The notes under the pieces: generated by a model
Database searches by the model: none
The model's input: only the letters and a program-made list of their open reading frames with translations
What the model was told of the DNA's origin: nothing
Assembly (NCBI GenBank): GCA_963713045.1
Contig: CAVQKE010000004.1
Coordinates: 1,152,001 to 1,216,000 of the forward strand
Direction of reading: 5' to 3'
Source of the DNA: an uncultured delta proteobacterium
GTDB lineage: Bacteria; Myxococcota; Myxococcia; Myxococcales; Myxococcaceae
DNA: 64,000 nt
Shown: positions 21,918 through 32,359 of the stretch, piece by piece
How positions within the stretch are numbered: position 1 is the first letter of the stretch
Layout: each line of letters opens with the position of its first letter
Made by a program: the position numbers and the translations under genes

Positions 21918-22326
21918 GAAAACTGTACCGGTTGAAATCTGGAAACTGTACTCTGTACTGGTTGAAGTCTGAAGACTGTACTGGTTGAAGTCTGAAGACT
22001 GTACTGGTTGAAGTCTGAAAACTGTACCGGTAGAGATTTGGAAACTGTACCGGTTGAAGTCTGAAAACTGTGCCTATTGAAGTCTGAAAACTGTACCGGT
22101 AGAGATTTGGAAACTGTACCGGTTGAAGTCTGAAGACTGTACCGGTTGAAGTCTGAAAACTGTACCGGTAGAGATTTGGAAACTGTACCGGTTGAAGTCT
22201 GAAAACTGTGCCTATTGAAGTCTGAAAACTGTACCGGTAGAGATTTGGAAACTGTACCGGTTGAAGTCTGAAAACTGTGCCTGTTGAAATCTGAAAACTC
22301 TACCGGTTCACTTTTCAAAACTGTAG
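21918..22326. repeat. 23-bp tandem satellite, about 17 copies, with a 69-bp trimeric higher-order repeat
   Basis: Consensus GAAAACTGTACCGGTTGAAGTCT; variants A/B/C cycle four times. Confidence 0.95.
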
Positions 22327-22336
22327 CGACATCGGT

Positions 22337-22850
22337 TCAGTTTTGGGGCCTGTCTAGGAACCAGCCTTTGGTTGTGGGGTTTGTTTTGAAAAACTGCAAG
22401 AGCAGGTTGGCGATCTTGGATTTTCCGCTCGGGCTTGGATGAGTGCCATCGTGGTCGCTGAAGTCAGATTTTTCGTAGAACAATCCGTCAGCTCTCTTGG
22501 TAGTGCCGTCTGCCCACAGGTATGGACCCCAAGCTAGCCACGGGGCTTGGAGTTCGCCGCGGGCGGCATCGAAGTTGAGATTCTTATTGCCTTTGATCTG
22601 TTCGTCGATCAACCATTTGACGGCAAAGCCGCTTTCATAGGCGAATGGTTCGGGGTTGAGCGTTGTTGTGGCATATCCGCCATAGCTGCGGCTGGAAACG
22701 AAACAGAGTTTGGCGTGTACGAATCGTTTGCCGATTATTCGTACGATCTCCTCCAACTCTTTTTCCAGGACTTGAGCGTGCTGAGGGAAAGGCAGATTTG
22801 GGTTGGCGTCGGCTTCCTTCAACCAGATGACTTGTACTTGAGCGCGGCTG
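22337..22850 (-). CDS. 3' part of an SGNH-like hypothetical hydrolase
   Basis: QVQVIWLKEA, SSRSYGGYA, NPEPFAYESGF, WGPYLWADG and DGTHPS (DxH motif); 5' part absent. Confidence 0.65.
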
Positions 22851-23085
22851 GATTGAGCCATTACCCTGTCCTGCGCAGCCATTCCGTCCGGCGCTCAGCT
22901 CAACCCGACCGAAACGATATGCACCTTACCGACGAACATCACCGGTGACGGCTCGATCGAGAACAGTTTCGAACCGTTACGTCAGTGCGGCATTTTAGTA
23001 GAGCATCTAAAGGCAATTGTAAATACCACGAAAGAACTATTAGTTGCGGCGTCCAGAGTCCTATCATGTTTGCCACATTTGTGCC

Positions 23086-24339
23086 ATGAAAGCGCAGTCG
23101 CCCATTGACGGGGCAACCTCCAATAAGGACATCAAAACGGGGACCCCAGCCTTCCGCCGCGTCACCCTGGCCCTGACCGCGGCAGGGTTCTCAACCTTCG
23201 CCGTGCTCTATTGCGTGCAGCCTCTGCTGCCGGTTTTCACCGCCAAGTTCCGCGTCAGCCCGGCCGAGAGCAGCCTGGCGCTGTCGCTGTCCACGGGTAT
23301 GCTCGGCATCGGCCTGCTCATTGCAGGTCCGCTCTCGGATGTGTGGGGACGCAAGCCAGTCATGGTGGGCTCGCTGTTCGCGTCGGCCCTCCTGACCCTC
23401 GTTGCCGCCGTCGAGCCGAGCTGGTCCGCCCTGCTCCTGATGCGCGCCTTGGCGGGCCTGACGCTCGGCGGGGTGCCGGCCGTGGCCATGGCCTACCTCA
23501 GCGAAGAGATGCACGCCGAAGCCATCGGGCTTGCAATGGGCCTCTACATCAGCGGAAACGCCCTAGGCGGCATGTCGGGCCGGCTGGTCACGGGTGCCGT
23601 GACCGATCTGTCCTCCTGGCGGGTGGCTATCGCCGCCGTCGGCGTGCTGGCCCTGCTCGCGGCTCTTGCGTTCTGGCACAGCCTGCCGCCATCGTCCAAC
23701 TTCGCGCCGCACGCACTACGGTGTCGCGAAATCCCGAGGTCCTTCCTCCACCACTTCGGCGATCCGGGCCTGCCGTGGCTGTTCGCCGAAGCCTTTCTGG
23801 TCATGGGCGGGTTCGTGACCCTCTACAACTACATCGGCTACCGGCTGCTTGCGCCGCCTTTCAACCTAAGCCAGACCGCCATTGGCGCCATCTTCATCGT
23901 TTACCTTGTCGGGAGCGCCAGTTCAGCCTGGGTCGGCCATTTGGCCGGACGGTTCGGACGGCGCAAGGTGCTCTGGCTCACAATCGTCGTCGCGATCGCT
24001 GGGGTCGGTTTGACCGTCTCGGATTGGCTTGTGGCCATCCTCGCCGGCATGGTGGTGGTCACGGTGGGCTTCTTCGGGGCGCATTCGGTGGCCAGCAGCT
24101 GGGTCGGGCGACGTGCGTTGCAGCACCGAGCGCAGGCCGCTTCGCTGTACCTGCTGCTCTACTACCTTGGGTCAAGCGTGCTCGGGACCGCGGGCGGATG
24201 GTTCTGGGCGCGGCAGGGGTGGCCCGGAGTCGCCGGCTTCGTGACAAGCTTGTTCGTGGTCGCTCTCCTGGTCGCGATCCGCCTAGCGGGCCTGCCGCCG
24301 CTCAAACCGGAGTCAAACAGCCCGCCGTTGGCACAGTAA
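23086..24339 (+). CDS. MFS transporter (YnfM-like)
   Basis: LYCVQPLLP, SDVWGRK, AMAYLSEE...GLYISGNALGGMSGR; visibly more GC-rich than its flanks. Confidence 0.9.
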   Translation: MKAQSPIDGATSNKDIKTGTPAFRRVTLALTAAGFSTFAVLYCVQPLLPVFTAKFRVSPAESSLALSLSTGMLGIGLLIAGPLSDVWGRKPVMVGSLFASALLTLVAAVEPSWSALLLMRALAGLTLGGVPAVAMAYLSEEMHAEAIGLAMGLYISGNALGGMSGRLVTGAVTDLSSWRVAIAAVGVLALLAALAFWHSLPPSSNFAPHALRCREIPRSFLHHFGDPGLPWLFAEAFLVMGGFVTLYNYIGYRLLAPPFNLSQTAIGAIFIVYLVGSASSAWVGHLAGRFGRRKVLWLTIVVAIAGVGLTVSDWLVAILAGMVVVTVGFFGAHSVASSWVGRRALQHRAQAASLYLLLYYLGSSVLGTAGGWFWARQGWPGVAGFVTSLFVVALLVAIRLAGLPPLKPESNSPPLAQ

Positions 24340-24402
24340 GTAGAGAGCAGGAGATTCCGGGGGGTTACGCCGCTTTCTTGGCGGACCAGTTGCCCAGGGT
24401 CG

Positions 24403-24607
24403 GAGAGCGTCAAAAGGTCGGGGGTCAAGCCGCCTTGCGCTCTGGCTCCTGCGTTTGTGGTTGTGACCTGACTTTTGGATACCAACGGCGGAATAGATCG
24501 TCCAGATCCTCGTCGAGGACCCTCGTTCTTGTCTGCAGCAAAAGATGCGCTCCGCGCAGCGTCCATTGGATCTGCTGTTTTTTGACGAATCGTCTGCTGA
24601 CCACCTT
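24403..24607 (-). mobile_element. Terminal fragment of an ISKra4 copy
   Basis: IR GAGAGCGTCAAAAGGTCGGGGGTC plus a transposase C-terminus nearly identical to 36390..37817. Confidence 0.9.
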
Positions 24608-25114
24608 TGCCCAAACTGCCAAAAAATATCGGATAGCCCTCGATTTCTCCTCAATCCCATTTTCGGGAAAAGCCGAGCACTGCGCATTGAAGAAAAGGTG
24701 TGTCCTGTTGGGTAGATTCTCCAAATCTACGTAATCCGCTGCTCAACAGTCTGTTACATGAATTAATTGTATTCCATGTTTCTGCGTGGACACATGTTTT
24801 CTGGTCGAAAAGTTTGAAGCAAAATTGTGTATTAAGTGCGGGTTTGCAGAAAATATGTGTCCTTTGTCGGGGAGGGAAACCTTGACTGACTGGTCAAAAT
24901 TCGAATCCGAATTGCTTGTTCGTTTTTCCCGAAGGTGGTGCCGATGTCGCAGATCACGGCCACGTTCGCAACAGTGAAGAGTAAGGAGGCTGATCCATCA
25001 CTGCTGTTGTCCGAAGTCCGAATTCTGTGTACTTGTCGGATAAATTCAACCCGTTGTCCGTCTATGGTGGAAGGACCCGGGAATTGAAGAGTTTAAGTTG
25101 AAATAGTTCCCATT

Positions 25115-25615
25115 GTGGATCAAATCGAATTGAGATTCATCGAAGGGGGTGCTGAGTTGTTGGGCAAAATGCGGCCGCTCTGGGAGAAGCTTAACGATTT
25201 ACACGCGGAAAAATCTCCGCATTTCGCGGAAGTCTTTGCCAAGAGCACCTTTTTACAACGGAAGGCAGAACTGGAACACAAGGCAATAACAGGACAACTT
25301 TTCGTTATCTTAGCGGTTACAAAGATCGATGAATGCGCTGCCTATTGCGTCTGCTCGGTTGCCAATGATAGTTCCGGTTCCGGCACACACAAAGTAGGGG
25401 AGATTGACTCAATGTTCATCTTGGCACGGTATCGTAAGCAAGGAGTCGGCAGCAAATGCGTAAACAGGTGCATGGAATGGTTTGAAGAGAACGAGGCGGA
25501 AAAAATCATCGTCTTCGTTGGAGTTGGCAACGAGGAGGTACTTGAATTTTACAAGAACTTTGGGCTGCTACCGCGGGCGATCCGTCTTGAGCAAAAGAGG
25601 GTCTTAGAATCATGA
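25115..25615 (+). CDS. GNAT-family N-acetyltransferase
   Basis: GEIDSMFILARYRKQGVG and GNEEVLEFYKNFG. Confidence 0.9.
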   Translation: MDQIELRFIEGGAELLGKMRPLWEKLNDLHAEKSPHFAEVFAKSTFLQRKAELEHKAITGQLFVILAVTKIDECAAYCVCSVANDSSGSGTHKVGEIDSMFILARYRKQGVGSKCVNRCMEWFEENEAEKIIVFVGVGNEEVLEFYKNFGLLPRAIRLEQKRVLES

Positions 25616-25734
25616 TTTGCATTGAGGCTAGATCGAGAAATCGACTCTGATGTCCGACCCATAAAGAGGCCGGCAGCTATTCGTGACAGGAATATAGTCC
25701 GAAGTCTGAAATATGGTTACTTTTGGTGTTCCAT

Positions 25735-25897
25735 GATGTTCGCCACTCCAGCCGAATGCATTCTGAAGGATTTCGTGGAGTTCGGCGATACTGGTTATGC
25801 TGACCACGAGCAGCCGCCGCCACACCAGCGGACTCACGCCGCAGAGCACTACGCGAAGTTGATAGATCGCAATGGACGATACCGAAGGTTCAGGCAT
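25735..25897 (-). pseudogene. pRiA4b ORF-3 family protein, 5' fragment
   Basis: YQLRVVLCGVSPLVWRRLLV...LHEILQNAFGWSGEH, then homology breaks. Confidence 0.8.
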
Positions 25898-26153
25898 GCA
25901 AACAATCTATCCAAGCGCAAGCCTACAGTCTTGAACCTGGTGCCCCCGAGAATCTCCCGCTCTCATGCTGGCACGGCGCGATCGTTCAGCGACCGCCAGA
26001 CGTAACGATCCCGGACATTGACTCGGCGATCGCGGTTCTGACCGCAAATGAGGCAAGAAATAACCAAGTAAGCCGCTAGCAACAACCAGCAGAGAATGGC
26101 GACCACGGATCGGTCGCCTTTTTGTTTTCGGGCATCGCGCCGATTATTCCTAG

Positions 26154-26942
26154 CTAAGTTTCGGTCTGAAGGGCTTGCTGACGAACAGCGTCGATGATTT
26201 GCCCGTTTTCCAGCGCCAGCGCCTCGAGCTTCTCGTCGCCTGCGTCCCCTCGGATCTGCTTTACAATCTTCAGTGTTTCCAACTCGGTTGCGCCTGCCAA
26301 TGCCATTACAAGCTCAGGACTGAACAAGCTTCTGCTGGAATTAGTCCGATAACTTCCAGGCGCGTCACCTTCTTCGAGATAGTGGCGTAAACCAACAGGC
26401 GAGACATGCGCGGCGTCCGAAAGCGCAGAGTAAAAAATGCGGTATTCGTTCTCAAGATTAGCCGCCTTAGCTAAAAATATCTTTTGTAGTTCTTTGGCGG
26501 TTTCCTTCGCTTGTTCCCATTGCCGATTGATCTCTTCCTCCGTCAATCCTTCCGGCAGAGGTCGCCCAGAGTCGAGGAACCTCTTTAAGCGCTTCAGGCG
26601 GCCCGCTTCCGATGCTTGAATCAAACGGACCGCTATCTCTCGGTCGCTTTTGATTGCGCCTAGCTGAAATTCTATCTCGAATATCGTCCGTAAGATGATT
26701 GCAGCGTCATCGACTGCATCGTGGTGAATCAATATGAGGATGCTTTTCATGGCGACAACAGACCTGATAAAAAGCACATTACACCAAATCCTATCTACCG
26801 GTATTGCCTGCGGACCCCACGAAGCAATGTAGTCGCTGCAATAACGCTGCACGTCAGACAAGTGCTTGAATACCTTCTTCCAATCTGAACTTCGTTTTCG
26901 TATCTCGCTCATGCCTAGCGCTTCGGATTGGGTCGCTGTCAC
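26154..26942 (-). CDS. DUF5677-like all-helical protein
   Basis: DAAIILRTIFE (RxxxE) and YSALSDAAH motifs. Confidence 0.65.
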   Translation of the reverse strand: MTATQSEALGMSEIRKRSSDWKKVFKHLSDVQRYCSDYIASWGPQAIPVDRIWCNVLFIRSVVAMKSILILIHHDAVDDAAIILRTIFEIEFQLGAIKSDREIAVRLIQASEAGRLKRLKRFLDSGRPLPEGLTEEEINRQWEQAKETAKELQKIFLAKAANLENEYRIFYSALSDAAHVSPVGLRHYLEEGDAPGSYRTNSSRSLFSPELVMALAGATELETLKIVKQIRGDAGDEKLEALALENGQIIDAVRQQALQTET

Positions 26943-26947
26943 AGAGG

Positions 26948-28005
26948 TTAGTCGACAGATCCGCCAGCGGAAGGTTCTATCCTGATCACTGTGGCACCAA
27001 ACGAATCAGGAAGCTCTGAAGGCTGCTGTTCGTAGAAGTGTTTGACCGGATCTGAAATTACTTGCGTGGTGGTCGGAGCTCCTGAAGGAGAGTACGGTAT
27101 TTTGGGGTCGAAATAAGGCTTTTCCTTAGTTAAATCCACCTCTATCTCTTTCGTAACCTTCGGGAACCCGCTGGCGAAGATTTCGTATGTTAGAAGATGT
27201 TTTTCGCGTGTGGAAAGAATTGGGCACCGTGGAACGTCAGATTCGCTTAGAAGATAAGTGTTCGGATAGTCATCTACATCAATTCCATATAGATCGAATG
27301 TACCGTAGGAATTCGGCCAAATGGACTGCTGGTACGCGCCCGACCGCATTGTAACTTTTAATCGCTCTCTGTCGGGGCCCAATCTTTCACCTTGGCTCTC
27401 GCTGAATATTTTTAATAGACGAATTGCGCAATCAGAAGCGGGTACGTCGGGCCGTGAATTGTGTACGTCAATGTGTGCGATTAACAGGGGACGTTTCTCT
27501 TGGTCATAGTAGTCAGCCGGTCTAGATTCTCTTCGCTCATTCTTGACGCTCAGATTACGAGAGAATGACGTGTCCCAGCCAGCCGATGATACGGTTTCTT
27601 TAATGATGGGAACAATCCTATCGAAAGAATCGAATTCTTCCGTATTGGACACCATGAATCCGAAAATTCCTTCCCTCATCGTGTCGCGCTCGTTGAGCAG
27701 AATCATCATTTTGTCCGTGAAATCTAACGCTATCGCTACGGCTAGTTCTTGATTGGTGTAAAGAGATCCGCGTTTAAACGGATCCGTGACTGACGAAATC
27801 TCTTCCCGAGCAAAATTGATAAAGACAAAGTAATCCGAAGATTTTAGCTCCGAGATAACACGAGCGTTTAGGGCTGACATAGTACTTACTTGGATCGCCA
27901 AAAACGGCTCAAAGCCTTCGGACTTGAACCAAGCCTCTACGTTTCTTGCTACCTTCCTCTCTTCGTCACTTTTTTGTCCGCAACTGATGAAACTTTCGCA
28001 GGCAT
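26948..28005 (-). CDS. TIR/DUF4062-like N-terminal domain plus unknown C-terminal domain (1-nt frameshift near 27991)
   Basis: Restoring one T gives MPAKVFISCGQKSDEERK...ELKSSDYFVFI...SLYTNQELAVA. Confidence 0.6.
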
Positions 28006-28495
28006 GGGACGATGAAAGTGTTCAGGCATACCACTGGTCAAGCTGGAAAGTCTTGCTTTGGGTCGAAGAGCATTCGCTTGATTCATCTTCTGGTTGCGTC
28101 CAAAGGGCATCAAACCAAAATAGGATTGGCCATATGAGCGACCGACTTGCACCTTTCTCAACCGAGGAACTTGCCGGACTCCTCTTCACCCCTCGACATT
28201 GCCGCAACCGTAGAGCCGCTCGTGCCGGAAGCGGAAACGATTCGACGGGAATTGATCGACGAACTGAAGACACGCGGGGAAACCGGCTCAACCTCGAGGT
28301 CCGAAGGCGGAACCACGGCGCGTGACAGTCAGCCAAAACTGTCATTACCCCGGTTTGCAGAACCTCTTTCCAGCCGGAACCGGTAAATAGAACACTGTGT
28401 CGGATCGCTCATCCGGACATGCTACTACATTTGCCCCCGGAAGTTTACGCTCTCTGCATATCCTTCGGCGGGACGGATTTGTAAGCGGACGCAAA

Positions 28496-31237
28496 CTACC
28501 GAAAAATGTCCGTCAGCTTGAAATCCGTCCAGAAGCTGCTGCCGAGATTTTTGAGCGTGCCGCCAATCTCGGCGGAAAAGTCTTTTACAAATTTTGCCGC
28601 CTCCAGCAGACCCTTTGAGGAGACTGAATACCAGGCACGGTCTGGCGTTCCAGAAGCCACGCCCGCGGTCAACTCTTTCAGCCGATCAGCGACCATCTTC
28701 TTAAACTGCTGCTTCTCTTCCGGCGGACCGCTGATGATTTCGGCAATCTGCTTTTGAAGGGTTTCGAGCAATTCCTTCCGCTCACCAGGCGGCTGACTAT
28801 TAATGATGCTGGCGCATTCCTTCATGACCGCCGCCACCGGCCCGTGGAACGTCCCACCGCTGATATTCTGTTGGATGTGATCACGCATAATAGTGCTTTG
28901 ATCGTAGATAATCGTTTTAACCCCGCCAAGCCGTTCCTCTTGCTTCGCCCGCTTCGCCCGGTCTTCCGGGCTTTCTACGCCGTTAAGCAACTCAGCGATA
29001 TCCACCTCCGTTCGCTTTCCTTCCAGGGTCACGCGTGTTGTCCGCACACCTTCTCGCTCGTCCTTAATGAGATCATCGAATGAAACGGTAACTTCCGGAT
29101 GTCCTTTCACCGCCACCAACTCCTGTGGATTTAAACCTTTGATCTGTCCGTGAATCACGGCGAAATGGTCCCGCACCACCGTCAGCAAACCGCGTCGCGC
29201 GTCGGCATACCGTCCGCGCACCCATACGATAACCTGGTTCTTGTCGTAATCGGCGCGGATGACCGCCTCCGCTCCCTCGTGAACCAACACTACTCCGCTG
29301 CGCCATCGGTCACGGTTTCGGCTCTTGGGATGGGTACGGGTGGTAAAGCGCGGGAGTACTCCGTGCGGCAGTACCGCATATTGGTATAGAAACACTAGGC
29401 ATTCCGCCGAATTCCAATCGTCAAGCGCAGGTGTCTTGTCCGGCAGAAGCTCCGGAACGAGTTCCGTCTCCGATTCCCCTTCCAATGGGAAACAAAGCTC
29501 GAACTTCCGCATCAACTCCACCAAAAACCGATGCCGCTTCTCCGGCCAGCGGTCGGCAGGCAGGATGCGCGTCAGCTCGCACCAGGCGAGTTGACCGTGA
29601 CGCTTCTCCCGGAGCTGGTCGTCGTTTAGGACGCGATAAATTCCGCCCGTCACCCACTCGGGATTGAGCACCGCTAGTTCCCGCAGCTGCCGATCAGGAA
29701 AACTTACCACCGTGCCGAGATCAGATAACCTGCGCAACAGAATCTCAGAATCCTTTCCCGCGACTTTGAGTTCCTGACAAAGGTTTTCGTAGCTTTCGTC
29801 CGAAAGATAGTTCTCTCCGCGCTCCTTCATTGCGCCCAGGCGCTGCTTTACCGCCCACCATTCCGCGGGGAAAAGTTCCTTCGTCGCGAGCATCTTGGCG
29901 GCTTCATGTTCGATCGCCCCGCGCAACAGCCCGATGCTGTCACCATCGCCGCAGTCCGTGCGGAAGAAATGATCACGTGCGACATCGTATTTCGTCGCCA
30001 GATACTCGCGATCGGTATCGAAGGCGTGCCGCCTTTGCGCATTCAGCACTACGAGCACCGGCGATTGCCCGCCGAAGGCACGGGTGAGCTTCAGCCAATA
30101 CTCCGCGTCCTGCTTTGCCCTACCGTGTCGCCCGTCCACCACCACAAGGTATAGGCTGCGGTGGGTGAGGAAAAACTGATGTGTCCCGTGCATGATCTCT
30201 TGTCCACCGAAATCCCAAACCAGAGCGGTAGCCTCGCCATCTGGCAGCATCAGCGACCAGCGGGTGATCGCAATTCCTTCGGTTTTTCTCTTGCCCTCGA
30301 CGAACTTCCCGCCTTTGAGAACTTCTATAAGGGAGGTCTTCCCTACTTCGCCGCGCCCGACAAGGATCACCTTCAATTCGCGCAGCAGCTGCCCCGTACG
30401 CTCGCCTTCCCGCTCCGGCGAATGGATACGGAAGTAGTAGTCGAGGATGGAGGCGGGATCGGCGGGCTTCTTCTGTGTTTGCCATACCTCGATGGCGGTG
30501 TGACCAAGCACTTCCAGCGGGAGACCGAGCGCCGGGTTTTCATGGAGGAAAAGGTGCGTGAGCGTACGTAACCCGCGGATTCCAACTGGCAGGCTCTTGA
30601 GGTGATTTTCGGAAAGGTCCAGCGATTGCAGGTTAGTCAGCTTTCCGAGCGAATCCGGCAGGCTCGTGAGCTGATTGTGGGAAAGGTCCAGCGCCTTCAG
30701 TCTGCTAAGCCAGCCGAAACAGTCCGGCAGGCTCGTGAGCTGATTATCGGAAAGGTACAGCGCCTTCAGGTCGTAAAGCCTTCCGAGCCAGTCCGGCAGG
30801 CTTGTGAGCTTATTGTGCGAAACATACAGCGCCTTCAGGTTGCCGAGCCGGTCCGGCAGGCTCGTGAGCTGATTATTGGAAAGGTCCAACTCTTCCAGGC
30901 TCGTGACGTTGCCGATTGACTTCGTCAGGCGTGTGAGCCGATTGCCGGAAAGGTATAGCGCCTTCAGATTGGTAAGCTTGCCGAGCCAGTCCGGCAGGCT
31001 CGTGAGCTGATTATCGGAAAGGTTCAGCTCTTCCAGGCTAATGACGTTACCGAATGACTCCGCCGCGCTTGTCAGCCGATTGCCGGAAAGGTCCAGCGTC
31101 AGCTCGCCGATCGACTCCGGCAGGCTTGTTAATCCCAATTTAGATAAATCCAAAAACCTCGTGTGATGGCGAGACGTCGTTTGAAAACGCGCTTCGGCAG
31201 TGGTGCCGGGGGATTCTGGTTTTCGCTTCAATGTCAT
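28496..31237 (-). CDS. Roco protein: LRR + Roc GTPase + COR + C-terminal helical domain
   Basis: 23-aa LRRs (LxxLDLSxNQLTSLPDxLG), GRGEVGKTS, TEGI, WDFGGQEIMHGTHQFF, COR motif VLNPEWVTGGIYRVL. Confidence 0.93.
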   Translation of the reverse strand: MTLKRKPESPGTTAEARFQTTSRHHTRFLDLSKLGLTSLPESIGELTLDLSGNRLTSAAESFGNVISLEELNLSDNQLTSLPDWLGKLTNLKALYLSGNRLTRLTKSIGNVTSLEELDLSNNQLTSLPDRLGNLKALYVSHNKLTSLPDWLGRLYDLKALYLSDNQLTSLPDCFGWLSRLKALDLSHNQLTSLPDSLGKLTNLQSLDLSENHLKSLPVGIRGLRTLTHLFLHENPALGLPLEVLGHTAIEVWQTQKKPADPASILDYYFRIHSPEREGERTGQLLRELKVILVGRGEVGKTSLIEVLKGGKFVEGKRKTEGIAITRWSLMLPDGEATALVWDFGGQEIMHGTHQFFLTHRSLYLVVVDGRHGRAKQDAEYWLKLTRAFGGQSPVLVVLNAQRRHAFDTDREYLATKYDVARDHFFRTDCGDGDSIGLLRGAIEHEAAKMLATKELFPAEWWAVKQRLGAMKERGENYLSDESYENLCQELKVAGKDSEILLRRLSDLGTVVSFPDRQLRELAVLNPEWVTGGIYRVLNDDQLREKRHGQLAWCELTRILPADRWPEKRHRFLVELMRKFELCFPLEGESETELVPELLPDKTPALDDWNSAECLVFLYQYAVLPHGVLPRFTTRTHPKSRNRDRWRSGVVLVHEGAEAVIRADYDKNQVIVWVRGRYADARRGLLTVVRDHFAVIHGQIKGLNPQELVAVKGHPEVTVSFDDLIKDEREGVRTTRVTLEGKRTEVDIAELLNGVESPEDRAKRAKQEERLGGVKTIIYDQSTIMRDHIQQNISGGTFHGPVAAVMKECASIINSQPPGERKELLETLQKQIAEIISGPPEEKQQFKKMVADRLKELTAGVASGTPDRAWYSVSSKGLLEAAKFVKDFSAEIGGTLKNLGSSFWTDFKLTDIFR

Positions 31238-31269
31238 GCCGCGTTTCTCCGGCTAAATTGTGTAGCTGG

Positions 31270-31435
31270 GAAGCGTCGACGGGCAAGTGGAATCGGTGGG
31301 CGTCGTCCCAAACTCAGACCGGTTCAACAGGATGAGATAGTTTCGATGGTATCAAATGGGATGAAAACTGCCGCTGACGCCGCGAGGCTTTTCAACGTCC
31401 ATCCGGCAACGGTGTCGCGGATATTGGCTAGGGCT
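31270..31435 (+). pseudogene. Serine resolvase/invertase C-terminal HTH relic
   Basis: GGRRPKL...TAADAARLFNVHPATVSRIL; no catalytic domain. Confidence 0.7.
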
Positions 31436-32359
31436 GGCGCCGGGATGATCATGGAGGCGTGGAAGTGCAATCACTGGATTTTTCCGCCTATCGCCTTGTC
31501 TTGCGGAGTCGCGGTTTACATTGCGGTTTTTGTGGTACCGAGGTTAACACCATCAACGCTAGCGAAGCTTCCTCTCACGCCTCGATCCTGGATCAAGGCA
31601 TCCGTGAAACAGATCGCAACTTCCTGAACGAACTCGCTCGAGAGAACAATCAGGATGATCACGGTGATGGTAAGCCCCTCCCGGCTCCCGATCGGAATAC
31701 GGTCAAAGCTTGGGCAATTGCCGAGAGCCTCAAAACAGTCCCGAGGGCTGACTCGGTTGAAGATACGGGATACGAAAGGCATAAGGCAAAGGTTGTCCAC
31801 GGCGAGATCCCAAGCTCAAGCGTCAGACCAAAGTTAGCCCGCAAGTCGTTAGCCGGCGGCGAATATTTTAGACGGATCCGGAGACGCGAGGTGTCAATCC
31901 AGCAAAGCGACAAATCAGAAGCGAAGCAGCAACAAAAAGAAGCCCGCATGCGATCGGAACGAAAGGACGCACACCGGCCCCTCATTGGAGGTGACACTTC
32001 CTAATTATCCGTTTGTAGATGGGCGCTGTATCGCCACAGACCAAATTTTTTTTCTGGAAGTTCAGCACCGATTCACGTCTCCGCAATCGGGACAGAGTAG
32101 ATCGGACTGTCAAATGAATGGAAAAGAGCAATTCCGTCAACGTACCGACCGAAAGCAAAGTTTCTCTTTCCATATCCGCCGCAATTGCTCTCGAGGGTGA
32201 GCAGAAATGTCTCATTGGAACCAAATTTCCGCCGGATGTTGGAGGTGAGAAGCATGCGATATCAATACTGACAATTTCGGGATTGTTTGGCATCCTTTCC
32301 CACGTTGAGCGCCGCTTCATCGGTACGGATTGTGGCGCAGATCGAGAGTTGGACAAGCA

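Larger units (their letters stand above)
24343..25964 (-). mobile_element. Hollowed ISKra4-type element: both IRs, transposase tail and ORF3 head only
   Basis: GAGAGCAGGAGATTCCGGGGGG at 24343 is inverted to CCCCCGAGAATCTCCCGCTCTC ending at 25964; KKAA* tail abuts one IR and a pRiA4b-ORF3-like 5' fragment abuts the other. Confidence 0.6.

Noticed and set aside
21893..22318. 141-aa repeat protein on the minus strand
   Set aside because: The open frame is a by-product of the 69-bp period; the 23-bp monomer is not a multiple of three and there is no clear RBS
21918..22326. CRISPR or TIGR-like array
   Set aside because: Units abut with no unique spacers, variants recur periodically, and no cas- or tas-like gene is nearby
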